Part shown: piece by piece, positions 1-8,880 of the stretch | Layout: the number at the start of each line of letters is the position of its first letter | Numbering within the stretch: position 1 is the stretch's first letter | Assembly: GCA_029858305.1 (NCBI GenBank) | Contig: JAOUFI010000006.1 | Span: forward strand, 9,851-73,850 | Direction: 5' to 3' | Length of the DNA: 64,000 nucleotides | Source of the DNA: Candidatus Thorarchaeota archaeon | GTDB taxonomy: Archaea > Asgardarchaeota > Thorarchaeia > Thorarchaeales > Thorarchaeaceae | Made by a program: the position numbers and the translations under genes | The notes under the pieces: generated by a model | Told to the model about the DNA's origin: nothing | Database searches by the model: none | The model's input: the letters and a program-made list of their open reading frames with translations, nothing else

Positions 1-803
1 GCGGCTAGAATAGTAGCTCCTACTGGTTCACCAAGAACTGCAGAAGAAACCACGTATGCTGGGACTTTAGTGAGAAGATAGTTATTGACAGAGTGTCCAA
101 GTACTGTTGGGAAAATTGCTAATGCTATGAAAATTAGAACCTCAGATGGTTCAAAGACCAATACGTTAAATCCGCCTAAAAGACAGAAACCTAGAGTGGT
201 AATCGCAGCTACAAGATAGATAATTGAAGTGTAGACCGTGATGGGCATTCCTTGAGCATATCTTCTTCCGCCAATGAAATATATAGCAAGGAAAACAGCA
301 CCTGCAAGTGCTAACAGGTCTCCAGCCAATGCTCCTAATTCTAGGCCATAATCAATCCACACTAGGAAAATCGCGCCAGCTATAGCAACAAAGATGCCAA
401 TCCAAGAACGCCTTCGAAGAGATTCGCCCAAGAATACAGTGGATAATATGGCAGTAAAAACTGGTGACGAATCAACAAGAACAACGCTTGCAGGAATAGA
501 GGTCATCTCGAGCGATTGAAACCAAGTCGAAAAATGGAGAGAGAGGATAATACCTATCCCGATAAGCCAAGGCCAATTGTTACGTACCTGCGGACTTCTG
601 AGCTTTGAAAGATCTCCTCGGATTGCACCTATTATCGCCATGAAGAGTGAGCCATAGAGAGTTCTCCAAAATACCTTTACCAATGAGGGTGAAACACTAA
701 TTGTGATGAGGATACTTGCGCTCGAAACCATTGAAACAGAGAGCGTTAATAATAGAACCACCCTCAACCTACTCGTTGATACATCAAACAATGGCATAGG
801 CAT
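1..803 (-). CDS. DMT/EamA family transporter (3' end beyond window)
   Basis: Manual translation from ATG at 803: MPMPLFDV..LHFSTWFQSLEMTSIPASVVLVDSSPVF..GDLLALAGA..PTVLGHS..LGEPVGATILA; two EamA-like hydrophobic repeats; frame open to window edge. Confidence 0.85.
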   Translation of the reverse strand, partial: MPMPLFDVSTSRLRVVLLLTLSVSMVSSASILITISVSPSLVKVFWRTLYGSLFMAIIGAIRGDLSKLRSPQVRNNWPWLIGIGIILSLHFSTWFQSLEMTSIPASVVLVDSSPVFTAILSTVFLGESLRRRSWIGIFVAIAGAIFLVWIDYGLELGALAGDLLALAGAVFLAIYFIGGRRYAQGMPITVYTSIIYLVAAITTLGFCLLGGFNVLVFEPSEVLIFIALAIFPTVLGHSVNNYLLTKVPAYVVSSAVLGEPVGATILA

Positions 804-807
804 AGTC

Positions 808-1308
808 TTACACCACAATATCATAATCAGAATGACCACATGACACACAACGGATCTCGTCTTCCAAGACTTCTGCCACCTGACTATCACAGATTGTACA
901 TTTTTGAACAATTAAATTCTCAAGGTTCAGAGAATGTAGAATCTTGCCAACTTCTATTAGAGATGTATACTCAAACAAAACTTTTCCATCAGCCCCCATA
1001 ACCATTTTCGAAATAGAATCAGAATCAGATTGATGGAATAATAAAACTGGTTTCATCAGGTCAATAGCCAACATGATCTCCATTCCAACTCCAAGCGATG
1101 GACTTGAAATCTCAGCAATTAGAAAATCACACAATCGAACGTATTCGACATCACGTTTGAATATTAATTTTGGTTCTCTTTCTTGAAGTAGCTGAGGTGC
1201 AAATACTCTAATCCCCTTATTCTCTAAAACTTTAATCACAGTAGAACAGAAATCATCCCTGCGTAGTGACGGATGAATGATAGGTGCTGAGAGATATACA
1301 AAGACCAT
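808..1308 (-). CDS. Nucleoside 2-deoxyribosyltransferase / DNPH1(Rcl)-like protein with C-terminal zinc ribbon
   Basis: VYLSAP, RD..D..IAE..PSLGVGME motifs; C-terminal CxxC...CxxC. Confidence 0.75.
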   Translation of the reverse strand: MVFVYLSAPIIHPSLRRDDFCSTVIKVLENKGIRVFAPQLLQEREPKLIFKRDVEYVRLCDFLIAEISSPSLGVGMEIMLAIDLMKPVLLFHQSDSDSISKMVMGADGKVLFEYTSLIEVGKILHSLNLENLIVQKCTICDSQVAEVLEDEIRCVSCGHSDYDIVV

Positions 1309-1340
1309 AACATTTCCGCTCTGTGGACATTTCTTATGCT

Positions 1341-1700
1341 CTATTCTTCAAAAATCGTTGATTCCTTAGAAGCCCCTAGTTCTGTTATTGAAGGAACTGA
1401 GCCATCATCAGCGATATGTTCGTATTTTCCCGAGCGACCTAGCGAGAGCTGTACTTTTCCCTGCCATTCCTTCGCCCAACCATCCTCTATCTTTATGACC
1501 ATTCCTGCAGAGAGATCGTTACCTTCATTAAAACCCCAAAGAGAGAGAATTGCGGATCCAGAATCATCAGCCACCAGGACTTCTTTTAGCATAGTTTTAC
1601 GTCCCGCTCGAGTCTGAATAATTCTAGGAGATGCGATTGATATTATCCGGACGATAAGATCAGATACGCTTTTACTAGGCTCAACATCAGATAGCTTCAC
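1341..1700 (-). CDS. Single-OB-fold single-stranded DNA-binding protein (SSB/RPA-like)
   Basis: VADDSG..LSLWG..G.VIKI..GWAKEWQG..QLSLGR OB-fold signature; short acidic C-terminus. Confidence 0.8.
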   Translation of the reverse strand: MKLSDVEPSKSVSDLIVRIISIASPRIIQTRAGRKTMLKEVLVADDSGSAILSLWGFNEGNDLSAGMVIKIEDGWAKEWQGKVQLSLGRSGKYEHIADDGSVPSITELGASKESTIFEE

Positions 1701-1765
1701 GACGACTCACACTATTACCAAATTCATACATCTAAATCAGTCTATCGCCAAGACCACAAATCTAG

Positions 1766-3793
1766 TTAATCCTCATCTTCACCTGAATCGACGAAATCTA
1801 GTAGACGACTCAGTTCATCTAATGATTCATTATTTATAGGTGAGTTCTCAGAGTGCTGCTTAGTGTCATTAGAATCTTTTTTCTTGGTTCCACCTACAGC
1901 ACTATCCAGAGGGCCGAGAATAAGCTCTAACTCCTCAAGTGACTCGGCATCAATCTCTTCTCGAATGTCGGACTCCCCCTCGGTAGGAGTAGCCTCATCA
2001 CTCTTAAATGCTTCAAGAGCTTCATCGATTTCAGTATGAGAAACAAGATCAAGTTCTGCGGAGATGAATTCATCGGCCTCGAGAGCTTCGAATATAATTT
2101 CTTTGGCCATTTTTACGCCTCCGTTGTTTTCTTCAGCAATCGGTTCTATTCCGAGTTTCTCTTCAGGTGGAAGTTCCTCTTCAGCAAAATCGATTTGTGG
2201 TAATTGTTCTTCTACTTCTATCGAAGATTCTTCCTTTGGCAATTCAATGGAAATATCCATGGAGATTTCATCAATCTCTTTCGACTCCTCCATGTGGGAG
2301 GGTTCAAATCCTTCACCCTCTTCCAATTGCATGCCTGTCGCAAAAGCATCTTCTTCTGTAGTCTGGTCCGGTCCTATTGCTTCACTGAGAGCATCAGCTT
2401 TAGCAAGTTCGACTTCTTGGTGTATCAAATGTTCCTCAGAGAACTCTACTTCTAGAGGAAATGATTGAATCTCTGCTTCAAGCGGAGATACAGAGATTTC
2501 TACTTCCTCCTCTACTTCCTTAGTTTCCTCTATAATGGCCTCAGGAATCGGTTCAGAAGATGCAATCTCATCTTCGACTTTTACTTCAGGCTCGGGTTCA
2601 AAGAATTCTACTTCCGCCTCTGCTTCCTCAATCTCCTCTAACATCACATCAGGAGCTAGTTCCGGAGAAACAATCTCTTCTTTTGTTTCTTCTTCTTCAA
2701 AGAGATCTTCATCTACTTCTTCAATGACTTCTTCAATTATCTCATAGTCATTTAGGTTCTCAATGACATGTCCATCTTCGTCAACCAAGACTTCCTCGAC
2801 CACTTCAATAGTCTCGAATTCAGATTCTTCAATCTCTGCAGTTTCCCTTCGTTCCTGCATCGCATCTGTCTCAGCTATCGCTTCCTTGGTTGCGGCATCT
2901 GTAAACTTCAAGAGCTCGGATGCCGGAAGATCCGGAAGAGCAACACCAACATATTGTGCTGCAGCAGTCATCAAAATCCTTAGCATCTCATCACGCCTAG
3001 CCTTGTCAATTGCAACCATTGGAAAGGTAGGAATTCCTAGTATCTTCTGAACGACCTCAGGTTTCATAGCGTTTGGTTTATCCTGTTTATTAGCCAGAGC
3101 AAAGACGGGAACCTTCGGAGCGTCTCGTTTAATGAGCTTGAGAATGTCCTTACTGATTATCACGTTACGAAGAGCTGAATCACAAACTAAGAAGATTACA
3201 TCAGCTCCATGGAAATAGAATCGCCATAGTGTTCGAAAGCGCTCTTGTCCTGCAAAATCCCAGAGGACAAGACTGTAGTTGCCAAATCTGATGTTTTCAA
3301 CAGTTTCAAGATTGAGAGCTATTGTTGGGACATATTGCAGTGGTGGTGTGTCTCCAAGTAAAAGGTGGAGTGTTGTTGTTTTTCCAACACCACCCTCTCC
3401 AACTAGCGCAATTTTCAATCTGGTGGTCACAGATGGTTCAACAAGTTTTTCATACCCTTGCTTCACAGCGTCAAGTCCTGATTTTTTCAGCTCCTTTCTC
3501 ATGAGCTTCGATGCAGCTTCAACCTTCTCGAATATGCTTGATTCGTCTTCTCCTTTATCAGTAACAAACAGTAAAAGAAGGTCTGAAACCAAGTCCACTC
3601 CATGAAACTTGTGATCTCCTAATATTAGTGCTAGACTTTCTAGATGCGTATCATTGCTCTTTTCAGAACGAAGTTCTTCCCTTGTTTTGACATATTCGCT
3701 AAGAATCTCATGTGACACATCAACGGGCCAATATTTAGTGAATGCAATTATTTCTTGTGTTGAGATGCGTATAAGGAAGGTGTTGTGAATCAC
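1766..3793 (-). CDS. Arf-related small GTPase with N-terminal longin-like domain and long acidic C-terminal tail
   Basis: G1 GEGGVGKTT, G2 PTI, G3 WDFAGQ followed by RTLWRFYF, G4 ANKQD; ~125-aa N-terminal domain; ~380-aa Glu-rich tail. Confidence 0.85.
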   Translation of the reverse strand: MIHNTFLIRISTQEIIAFTKYWPVDVSHEILSEYVKTREELRSEKSNDTHLESLALILGDHKFHGVDLVSDLLLLFVTDKGEDESSIFEKVEAASKLMRKELKKSGLDAVKQGYEKLVEPSVTTRLKIALVGEGGVGKTTTLHLLLGDTPPLQYVPTIALNLETVENIRFGNYSLVLWDFAGQERFRTLWRFYFHGADVIFLVCDSALRNVIISKDILKLIKRDAPKVPVFALANKQDKPNAMKPEVVQKILGIPTFPMVAIDKARRDEMLRILMTAAAQYVGVALPDLPASELLKFTDAATKEAIAETDAMQERRETAEIEESEFETIEVVEEVLVDEDGHVIENLNDYEIIEEVIEEVDEDLFEEEETKEEIVSPELAPDVMLEEIEEAEAEVEFFEPEPEVKVEDEIASSEPIPEAIIEETKEVEEEVEISVSPLEAEIQSFPLEVEFSEEHLIHQEVELAKADALSEAIGPDQTTEEDAFATGMQLEEGEGFEPSHMEESKEIDEISMDISIELPKEESSIEVEEQLPQIDFAEEELPPEEKLGIEPIAEENNGGVKMAKEIIFEALEADEFISAELDLVSHTEIDEALEAFKSDEATPTEGESDIREEIDAESLEELELILGPLDSAVGGTKKKDSNDTKQHSENSPINNESLDELSRLLDFVDSGEDED

Positions 3794-3916
3794 TATTACT
3801 TCACCAGATTATCTAATAGATTATACACTGTTGTGGAGAATCCACTCAATATAGAGTAGGATATTACAGGCTTGATTAACTTGTTTTGTGTGTACAATCT
3901 TTGATTTTCAAGAAAC

Positions 3917-4162
3917 AAGTTAGATGTTGGGGGTTCAGAGAACCCCAAACATCCGTTGGAGCGTGTTCTTCCACAGGAGCGGCAAAATTCGTTTATGCGC
4001 AAGAACAGTAGCAGTTCACACTGCAATTAGGGACTAGAACTCGTGGGACCGTGTATTGCGAGTTCCTGACGGGGGAAGACCGCCACCTGTGTGAAGTTCA
4101 CAATGGATGAAACCCTAAATCGCCATAAGAAGCTTTCTGGTTTACCAAAAAAAGTTAGATGT
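3917..4162 (+). other. Structured non-coding element bounded by 11-bp direct repeat AAGTTAGATGT (candidate ncRNA or non-autonomous mobile element)
   Basis: Repeat at 3917-3927 and 4152-4162; several internal helices; G-U pairs favour the + strand; GC-richer than the AT-rich flanks. Confidence 0.55.
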
Positions 4163-4290
4163 GTCTATTTTCTTGATTCACAACTTATAGGTCTCTTTTT
4201 TGTAATATTCGCAAGAAAATATATTGGAATTGTGAATTTAGCAATACTGCTAATGTGTCAATAGTAAGCCCGCAATAGAATTTTCATAAC

Positions 4291-5430
4291 TCATCGAGGG
4301 AAGTTATCTCGTAGGAGCCTGAGATGCTGATGAACCATCTCCATTGCCTTAGGATCATCGGGAGTCTTTTCCAAGTCAGTTACAAGAGTTTGCAAGAAAT
4401 ACTCTGGGAAGAATAGCCGAACCCTAATATCATTCAGAAGAAACAGCCATTTATCATATTCACCAGAAGGTCCTTTCCTACGCTTCTCTGAAACAACTCT
4501 GAATTTCTTGAGAGTCTGAATTGCCTCCTTCAGCTCCTTTGGAGGAATACCTAGTGTAGCTTCCAATTCTGATATGTTAGCAGGACGCCTTCTGAGTTCA
4601 CTAAGTGTATCATAACAATCGGGGTCTGCTAATACTTGAGCCACAGATACCGTATCCTCAGGTGTCTTCTGCCATTCAGTGAGAAATTCAAGAACCTCCG
4701 ATTTGTACTCAGCTGCAAGTTCTGGATCGAGAACACTGCTTGCGGATTCCATTGCAACAAGCGGTGGGGCTCTAAATACTTCGAGGTCCTTAATCATAAA
4801 GACACAAGTACGGCCAATCTCATCGACCCATTCTGTCTTTACGAGTCCTAGTTCTTCAAAAGGAGCGATAATTGAGTCCACACTAACACTTGGAAGACCA
4901 GTGACCATCTTCAACCATTCTTCAAGTTCTTCTTTGGATATGCCTCCTTTCCAAAGTTTGGGAAAGACAGCCCTACTCACCTCATCGGAGAAAAGCCGTG
5001 CTAGTCGAGACTCATCGGTCATACCAGCAAGTCTGATAATTCGCCTGTAGGTGTTGTCCAGTTCATCCTGAAGTTCTGCGTCAGTCAATGCAACCACAGC
5101 ATTCGTAAGAGGAGTCACAATCGAGGTGATTGCAGCCTCGTACATCTTTGGATCCTCTGAGGGAGTAAGCAAGAGAGACACACAATACTGTTCCTCCTCC
5201 CTCACTATTCCAGTATAGTAGGATGCAACACCATACTCTTCACCACCAATTCGAATACTAAGTGATGAAAAACCAGCTGTGGCATCGCCCATGGCGTGAG
5301 AAGTGAAGATACGCATAATTTCTGTATTTAGATCTTCGCGATAATAATCAGCAAAGTCTGCAGGTACCTTCGCCTTCAGTACAGCTCCAATCTTTGAGTC
5401 CCAATCTATAAGCAGCATTGCAACCGGCAT
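4291..5430 (-). CDS. Longin/uDENN-like domain protein with C-terminal winged-helix domains
   Basis: N-terminal LLIDWDSKIGAVLKAKVP resembles the uDENN/NPRL2-type start motif; C-terminal ISELEATLGIPPKELKEAIQTLKKFRVV helix-turn-helix. Confidence 0.55.
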   Translation of the reverse strand: MPVAMLLIDWDSKIGAVLKAKVPADFADYYREDLNTEIMRIFTSHAMGDATAGFSSLSIRIGGEEYGVASYYTGIVREEEQYCVSLLLTPSEDPKMYEAAITSIVTPLTNAVVALTDAELQDELDNTYRRIIRLAGMTDESRLARLFSDEVSRAVFPKLWKGGISKEELEEWLKMVTGLPSVSVDSIIAPFEELGLVKTEWVDEIGRTCVFMIKDLEVFRAPPLVAMESASSVLDPELAAEYKSEVLEFLTEWQKTPEDTVSVAQVLADPDCYDTLSELRRRPANISELEATLGIPPKELKEAIQTLKKFRVVSEKRRKGPSGEYDKWLFLLNDIRVRLFFPEYFLQTLVTDLEKTPDDPKAMEMVHQHLRLLRDNFPR

Positions 5431-5575
5431 TTCGCTTCTCTCCCAGTCCCTGGGGGCTTGTTCTGCATAGAGCCAGAGTATTTACGATTCAGTGAGTCAC
5501 ATATTAAAACCTTGTCACTAGCGAGTTCGCGACCGTATTATTCTGGTATATATAGCGCCTAGGGATTTGTGTATA

Positions 5576-6268
5576 TCATTCTTGTGATGGATAATACCTG
5601 CTTTTTACTGCCTGTATTATGTGCTCATACACTATTTGTACGACTACATCAAGAGGTTGATGAGCATCAACTATCTTGAAAACTCCAGTATCCTGTTCTG
5701 CTATCTCAAGGTAGGTCTTACGAACCTCAATTAACCTGTCAAGTTTCTCAAATTGTAGATTTGCTACATTTTCTCGTCCTATTGCTCTCTCAAGTCCAAT
5801 ATCAGCTGCCACATCTAAAATAAAGATAATATCTGGTTCTGGGGCATGAATGTCTTCTCGGTTCCTTCGCAGTATTTCTCTCCAAGAGATACCAGTGACT
5901 ACTGATTGGTAGGCTCCGGTAGCAAAAAAGTAACGGTCCATGAGAACGACATATCCAGCGACCAGTGCTGGCACTATTCTGTTTTTAATATGCCATTCTC
6001 GATCTTTCACAAATAACTCAAGCTCTTCAGTAGGAGTGAGTTCACCTCGAGGAGTTCGTTCTCGGATTTCCTTCCCCCAGGGACTTTCATTTGTCGGCTC
6101 TCTCAGGTAAATAACATCATACCCGTCACTATGAAGGATTTCCACCAATTGGTGACATACTGCAGTTTTACCAGAACCATCAATGCCTTCTAAAACGAAT
6201 AGGAAACCTTTGCGATCAGATTCTGTTTTCAAATGGTAAATACTCCTGAGATAGCGCTGTTGCTTCAC
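5576..6268 (-). CDS. tmk: Thymidylate kinase (start may be ~6232)
   Basis: LEGIDGSGKT P-loop, REP, DRY, AYQ and PD..F.LD motifs. Confidence 0.92.
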   Translation of the reverse strand: MKQQRYLRSIYHLKTESDRKGFLFVLEGIDGSGKTAVCHQLVEILHSDGYDVIYLREPTNESPWGKEIRERTPRGELTPTEELELFVKDREWHIKNRIVPALVAGYVVLMDRYFFATGAYQSVVTGISWREILRRNREDIHAPEPDIIFILDVAADIGLERAIGRENVANLQFEKLDRLIEVRKTYLEIAEQDTGVFKIVDAHQPLDVVVQIVYEHIIQAVKSRYYPSQE

Positions 6269-6373
6269 CAGAGTTTTACCGTATAGATGCTTCGGTTTAA
6301 AGGAGCACTAGAATGTTGAAAAGAGAAACTCTTAAATTCATGAGGCGTAGGATAGGATAACCTATCCTAGAGT

Positions 6374-6886
6374 GTGGTATCCCTGAAGCCTCGAAAACCA
6401 AGCATCATGCTTGTACTGATTCTGGTTGTAGTGATGAGTCTATCAAACCCATCGCATGTACAGGGTAGCTCAGATTTCATTTTGGCAGCTGAGAGAATCA
6501 CACTCACAATAGACTTTGGAAATGGAACAATCAGAGAATACAATGATCTCAGTGGGTCTACAGTTCTCGAAGTTACATCTTCAGTACTCAATGTCGACGT
6601 ACAGTGGTTTGGTACTCTTGCTTATATCAGGGAAATAGAAGGACTTGTTGGCGAAGGTGAGTATGGATGGCAATTTTGGGTAAACGGGGAGTTTGCATCA
6701 GTTGCAGCCAATCAATACATACTTGACGATAACGATATTGTTTCGTGGGTATATTCCACTCCAACTCAACAGCGACAAGATGATCCATCATTAGTTCCAG
6801 GCATACTCCTTGTATCAGCAGCAGGTTTTGGTTTCATTGCTATTGTCTATATGCAAACTTCAAGGAGGATTCACTCGAATGAATAG
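6374..6886 (+). CDS. Membrane-anchored DUF4430 (transcobalamin C-terminal-like) protein
   Basis: Signal peptide; YI..IEGL...WQFWVNG..A.V.A.QY.L.D.D.V.W.Y motif; C-terminal TM helix. Confidence 0.75.
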   Translation: MVSLKPRKPSIMLVLILVVVMSLSNPSHVQGSSDFILAAERITLTIDFGNGTIREYNDLSGSTVLEVTSSVLNVDVQWFGTLAYIREIEGLVGEGEYGWQFWVNGEFASVAANQYILDDNDIVSWVYSTPTQQRQDDPSLVPGILLVSAAGFGFIAIVYMQTSRRIHSNE

Positions 6887-7622
6887 AAGAATGGCTCTGT
6901 CAGTAATTGTCATGATGTTTATGGTTTCAGTAGGTCTAACCACTATAGCTACAGGGTATAGTACCTATATCGATAATGAAACAGTAATAACTTGGAATGT
7001 TGAGAAAATTACAAACTTCACTATGTGGTACACTGAAGGAGGATACTGCGCGGCATTAAATGACAGTACTATGGAATTTTCTGCATCCAATGTTGACGAT
7101 GAGGTTTCTGGCACCCTATCCATTGGAAACGTTTCAGTAGCCACAAACGACACAATGATTGCTCTGGATTTGACACTAGGGGTATGGCCAGACTGGCTTC
7201 CCGGATTAATTATCGAAGTTGGTCAAAATAATATCAACACGCTGAATGAAACAGCATATGCAGCCGCAGAGAGAATCGCAGGAAACTGGATGAATGGAAC
7301 GATGGTCTCCAAGTATGAGAATATAACTATCGGTTTAAGGACAGAGGAATGCATTGTATTTGACTATTTACAGGATTCTCCTGGCACACAAGTAACGCAT
7401 TTGGCTTATTCACTCTCATCCGGAGTGCTCGTGGAGGCCAACACGACTGTCACTTTTACTAGTACGTACTTGCTAGTCGTTTCTCTTTCATCAATCAATA
7501 ATCCTACTATTGTTGATTTGACTCCTCCTCCGTTTCCAGGGATTATCCTCGCAGGAATTATTGGGGGAGGGCTCATCGCAGTTATTGTTCTAATATTCAT
7601 TCAAATCAGTCGTCGAAAATAG
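6879..7622 (+). CDS. Secreted membrane-anchored hypothetical protein
   Basis: Signal peptide MNRRMALS..., many N-x-S/T sequons, C-terminal TM plus basic tail; overlaps the upstream stop. Confidence 0.7.
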   Translation: MNRRMALSVIVMMFMVSVGLTTIATGYSTYIDNETVITWNVEKITNFTMWYTEGGYCAALNDSTMEFSASNVDDEVSGTLSIGNVSVATNDTMIALDLTLGVWPDWLPGLIIEVGQNNINTLNETAYAAAERIAGNWMNGTMVSKYENITIGLRTEECIVFDYLQDSPGTQVTHLAYSLSSGVLVEANTTVTFTSTYLLVVSLSSINNPTIVDLTPPPFPGIILAGIIGGGLIAVIVLIFIQISRRK

Positions 7623-7643
7623 GGAACAGGAGACAAATCGGAG

Positions 7644-8249
7644 ATGACCCGTATGTCATATGGAACTATAAGTGGCAGTAAATGGGTTTCCATAACCGCC
7701 ATCATGACTGCTCTTGCGCTTGTCGGCAATTATGCATTAGTTGCAGTCCCCAATCTAGAGCTAGGATCAACAGTTCTTTTTGTCACAGCGTATATCTTCG
7801 GAGCTCACATGGCAATCTGGTCAACTTTGATTATGTCGCTACTATTCGGTATCATCAATCCATGGGGAGGTTTCATACCTCAGATTTGGGCGTCACAAGT
7901 CATAGGGTGGATCTACATTGTCACCATAGCTGCAATTATGGGAAGACATAGTAAAAGTGGCAAAAGGATAGAACCACGAAAATGGGAGCTAGCCATAACA
8001 GGAGCTTTTGTTACCTTCATATTCGAAGAAATCACTAACCTTGGTTATTCAATCACATTTGGAATACCATTCATTCTTGCAGCTACAGCAGCAATCCCAT
8101 TTTCAGTCATTCACATCATCTCTAATACAGTGATTTTCTCGCAGGTCGTACCAATGTTAAATTCAGCACTGAGAAACCAGCTCAAAGACCTTATCTGGAA
8201 TACTGAATCAGAAGTAAAAGTCGATATGTTGGAGAGTGATTTAGCTTGA
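7644..8249 (+). CDS. ECF transporter S component
   Basis: ~6 TM helices; AI.TALA..GN..L..VPN.E motif typical of S components. Confidence 0.75.
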   Translation: MTRMSYGTISGSKWVSITAIMTALALVGNYALVAVPNLELGSTVLFVTAYIFGAHMAIWSTLIMSLLFGIINPWGGFIPQIWASQVIGWIYIVTIAAIMGRHSKSGKRIEPRKWELAITGAFVTFIFEEITNLGYSITFGIPFILAATAAIPFSVIHIISNTVIFSQVVPMLNSALRNQLKDLIWNTESEVKVDMLESDLA

Positions 8250-8875
8250 ATTGGAAAGAGGAGTTCATCCAATTATCTCAACCAGCTGATGGTAGAGTTG
8301 CTCCAGCCTTCAAACCACACCATGCCGCCGTTGCACTAATTCTCATTGGTCGAGAACAACCTCTTGGGAGATACGATCTCTGCGAAAAAATGTCTATTGG
8401 CGAGGGGAGTGTACGAACACTCATGAAACGCCTCTCAGAAGCGAATCTCATTGAAGCAGAAGGAAAACAAGGTCAGACTTTAACTAAAAGTGGCCAAGCT
8501 CTGTTTGATAGAATTGCAAAAGATGTTCCAATAGGACTGGAACTGGATGTCAGACGACTTGTAATGTATGATTATGCATTTGCCAATCTAGTCAAAGGGC
8601 GAGCAAATAGAATCTCAGACGGAGTGAGACAAAGAGATGAGGCAATCATACAAGGAGGCTATGGTCAAGCAGGAGCTACAACTCTCATTCACAAAGCAGG
8701 GAACCTCGTAATGCCACCCGACGATTTCAATATACTTCGGGTATATGAGGAGGAAACGATTCTTGTTGTAGAGAGTCTACGAACTGAAGATGGTGATGTC
8801 GTTGTAATTGGATCTGCAAATGAACAAAATCTAGCCCGAGAAGTTGCCATGGCTGCAGTGATGACATTATTCTGA
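8246..8875 (+). CDS. Winged-helix protein, DUF4443/DUF2111-like
   Basis: GRYDL...IGEGSVRT HTH; G..QRDEAI..G..GATTL C-terminal domain. Confidence 0.7.
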   Translation: MNWKEEFIQLSQPADGRVAPAFKPHHAAVALILIGREQPLGRYDLCEKMSIGEGSVRTLMKRLSEANLIEAEGKQGQTLTKSGQALFDRIAKDVPIGLELDVRRLVMYDYAFANLVKGRANRISDGVRQRDEAIIQGGYGQAGATTLIHKAGNLVMPPDDFNILRVYEEETILVVESLRTEDGDVVVIGSANEQNLAREVAMAAVMTLF

Positions 8876-8880
8876 GGGAT

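Noticed and set aside
1766-2900. Tandem repeat or CRISPR array in the low-complexity region
   Set aside because: Only Glu-codon bias; no regular repeat-spacer periodicity here or elsewhere in the window
2064-3605. Ser-rich plus-strand ORFs
   Set aside because: Antisense shadows of the Glu-rich GTPase gene
3796-4026. 76-aa minus-strand ORF with CxxC
   Set aside because: Weak start, no recognisable family, and it overlaps the promoter and the structured element; likely spurious
4027-4118. Hammerhead ribozyme (CUGA next to a stem, GAAA, UA site)
   Set aside because: Core reads CUGACGG rather than CUGANGA, and no stem II closes between it and GAAA
3923-4121. SRP RNA, RNase P RNA or cobalamin riboswitch as the identity of the structured element
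   Set aside because: No SRP helix-8 CAGG/GNRA/AGCA motif, no RNase P GAGGAA..UCC and matching P4 strand, only partial B12-box similarity, and no downstream gene on the + strand
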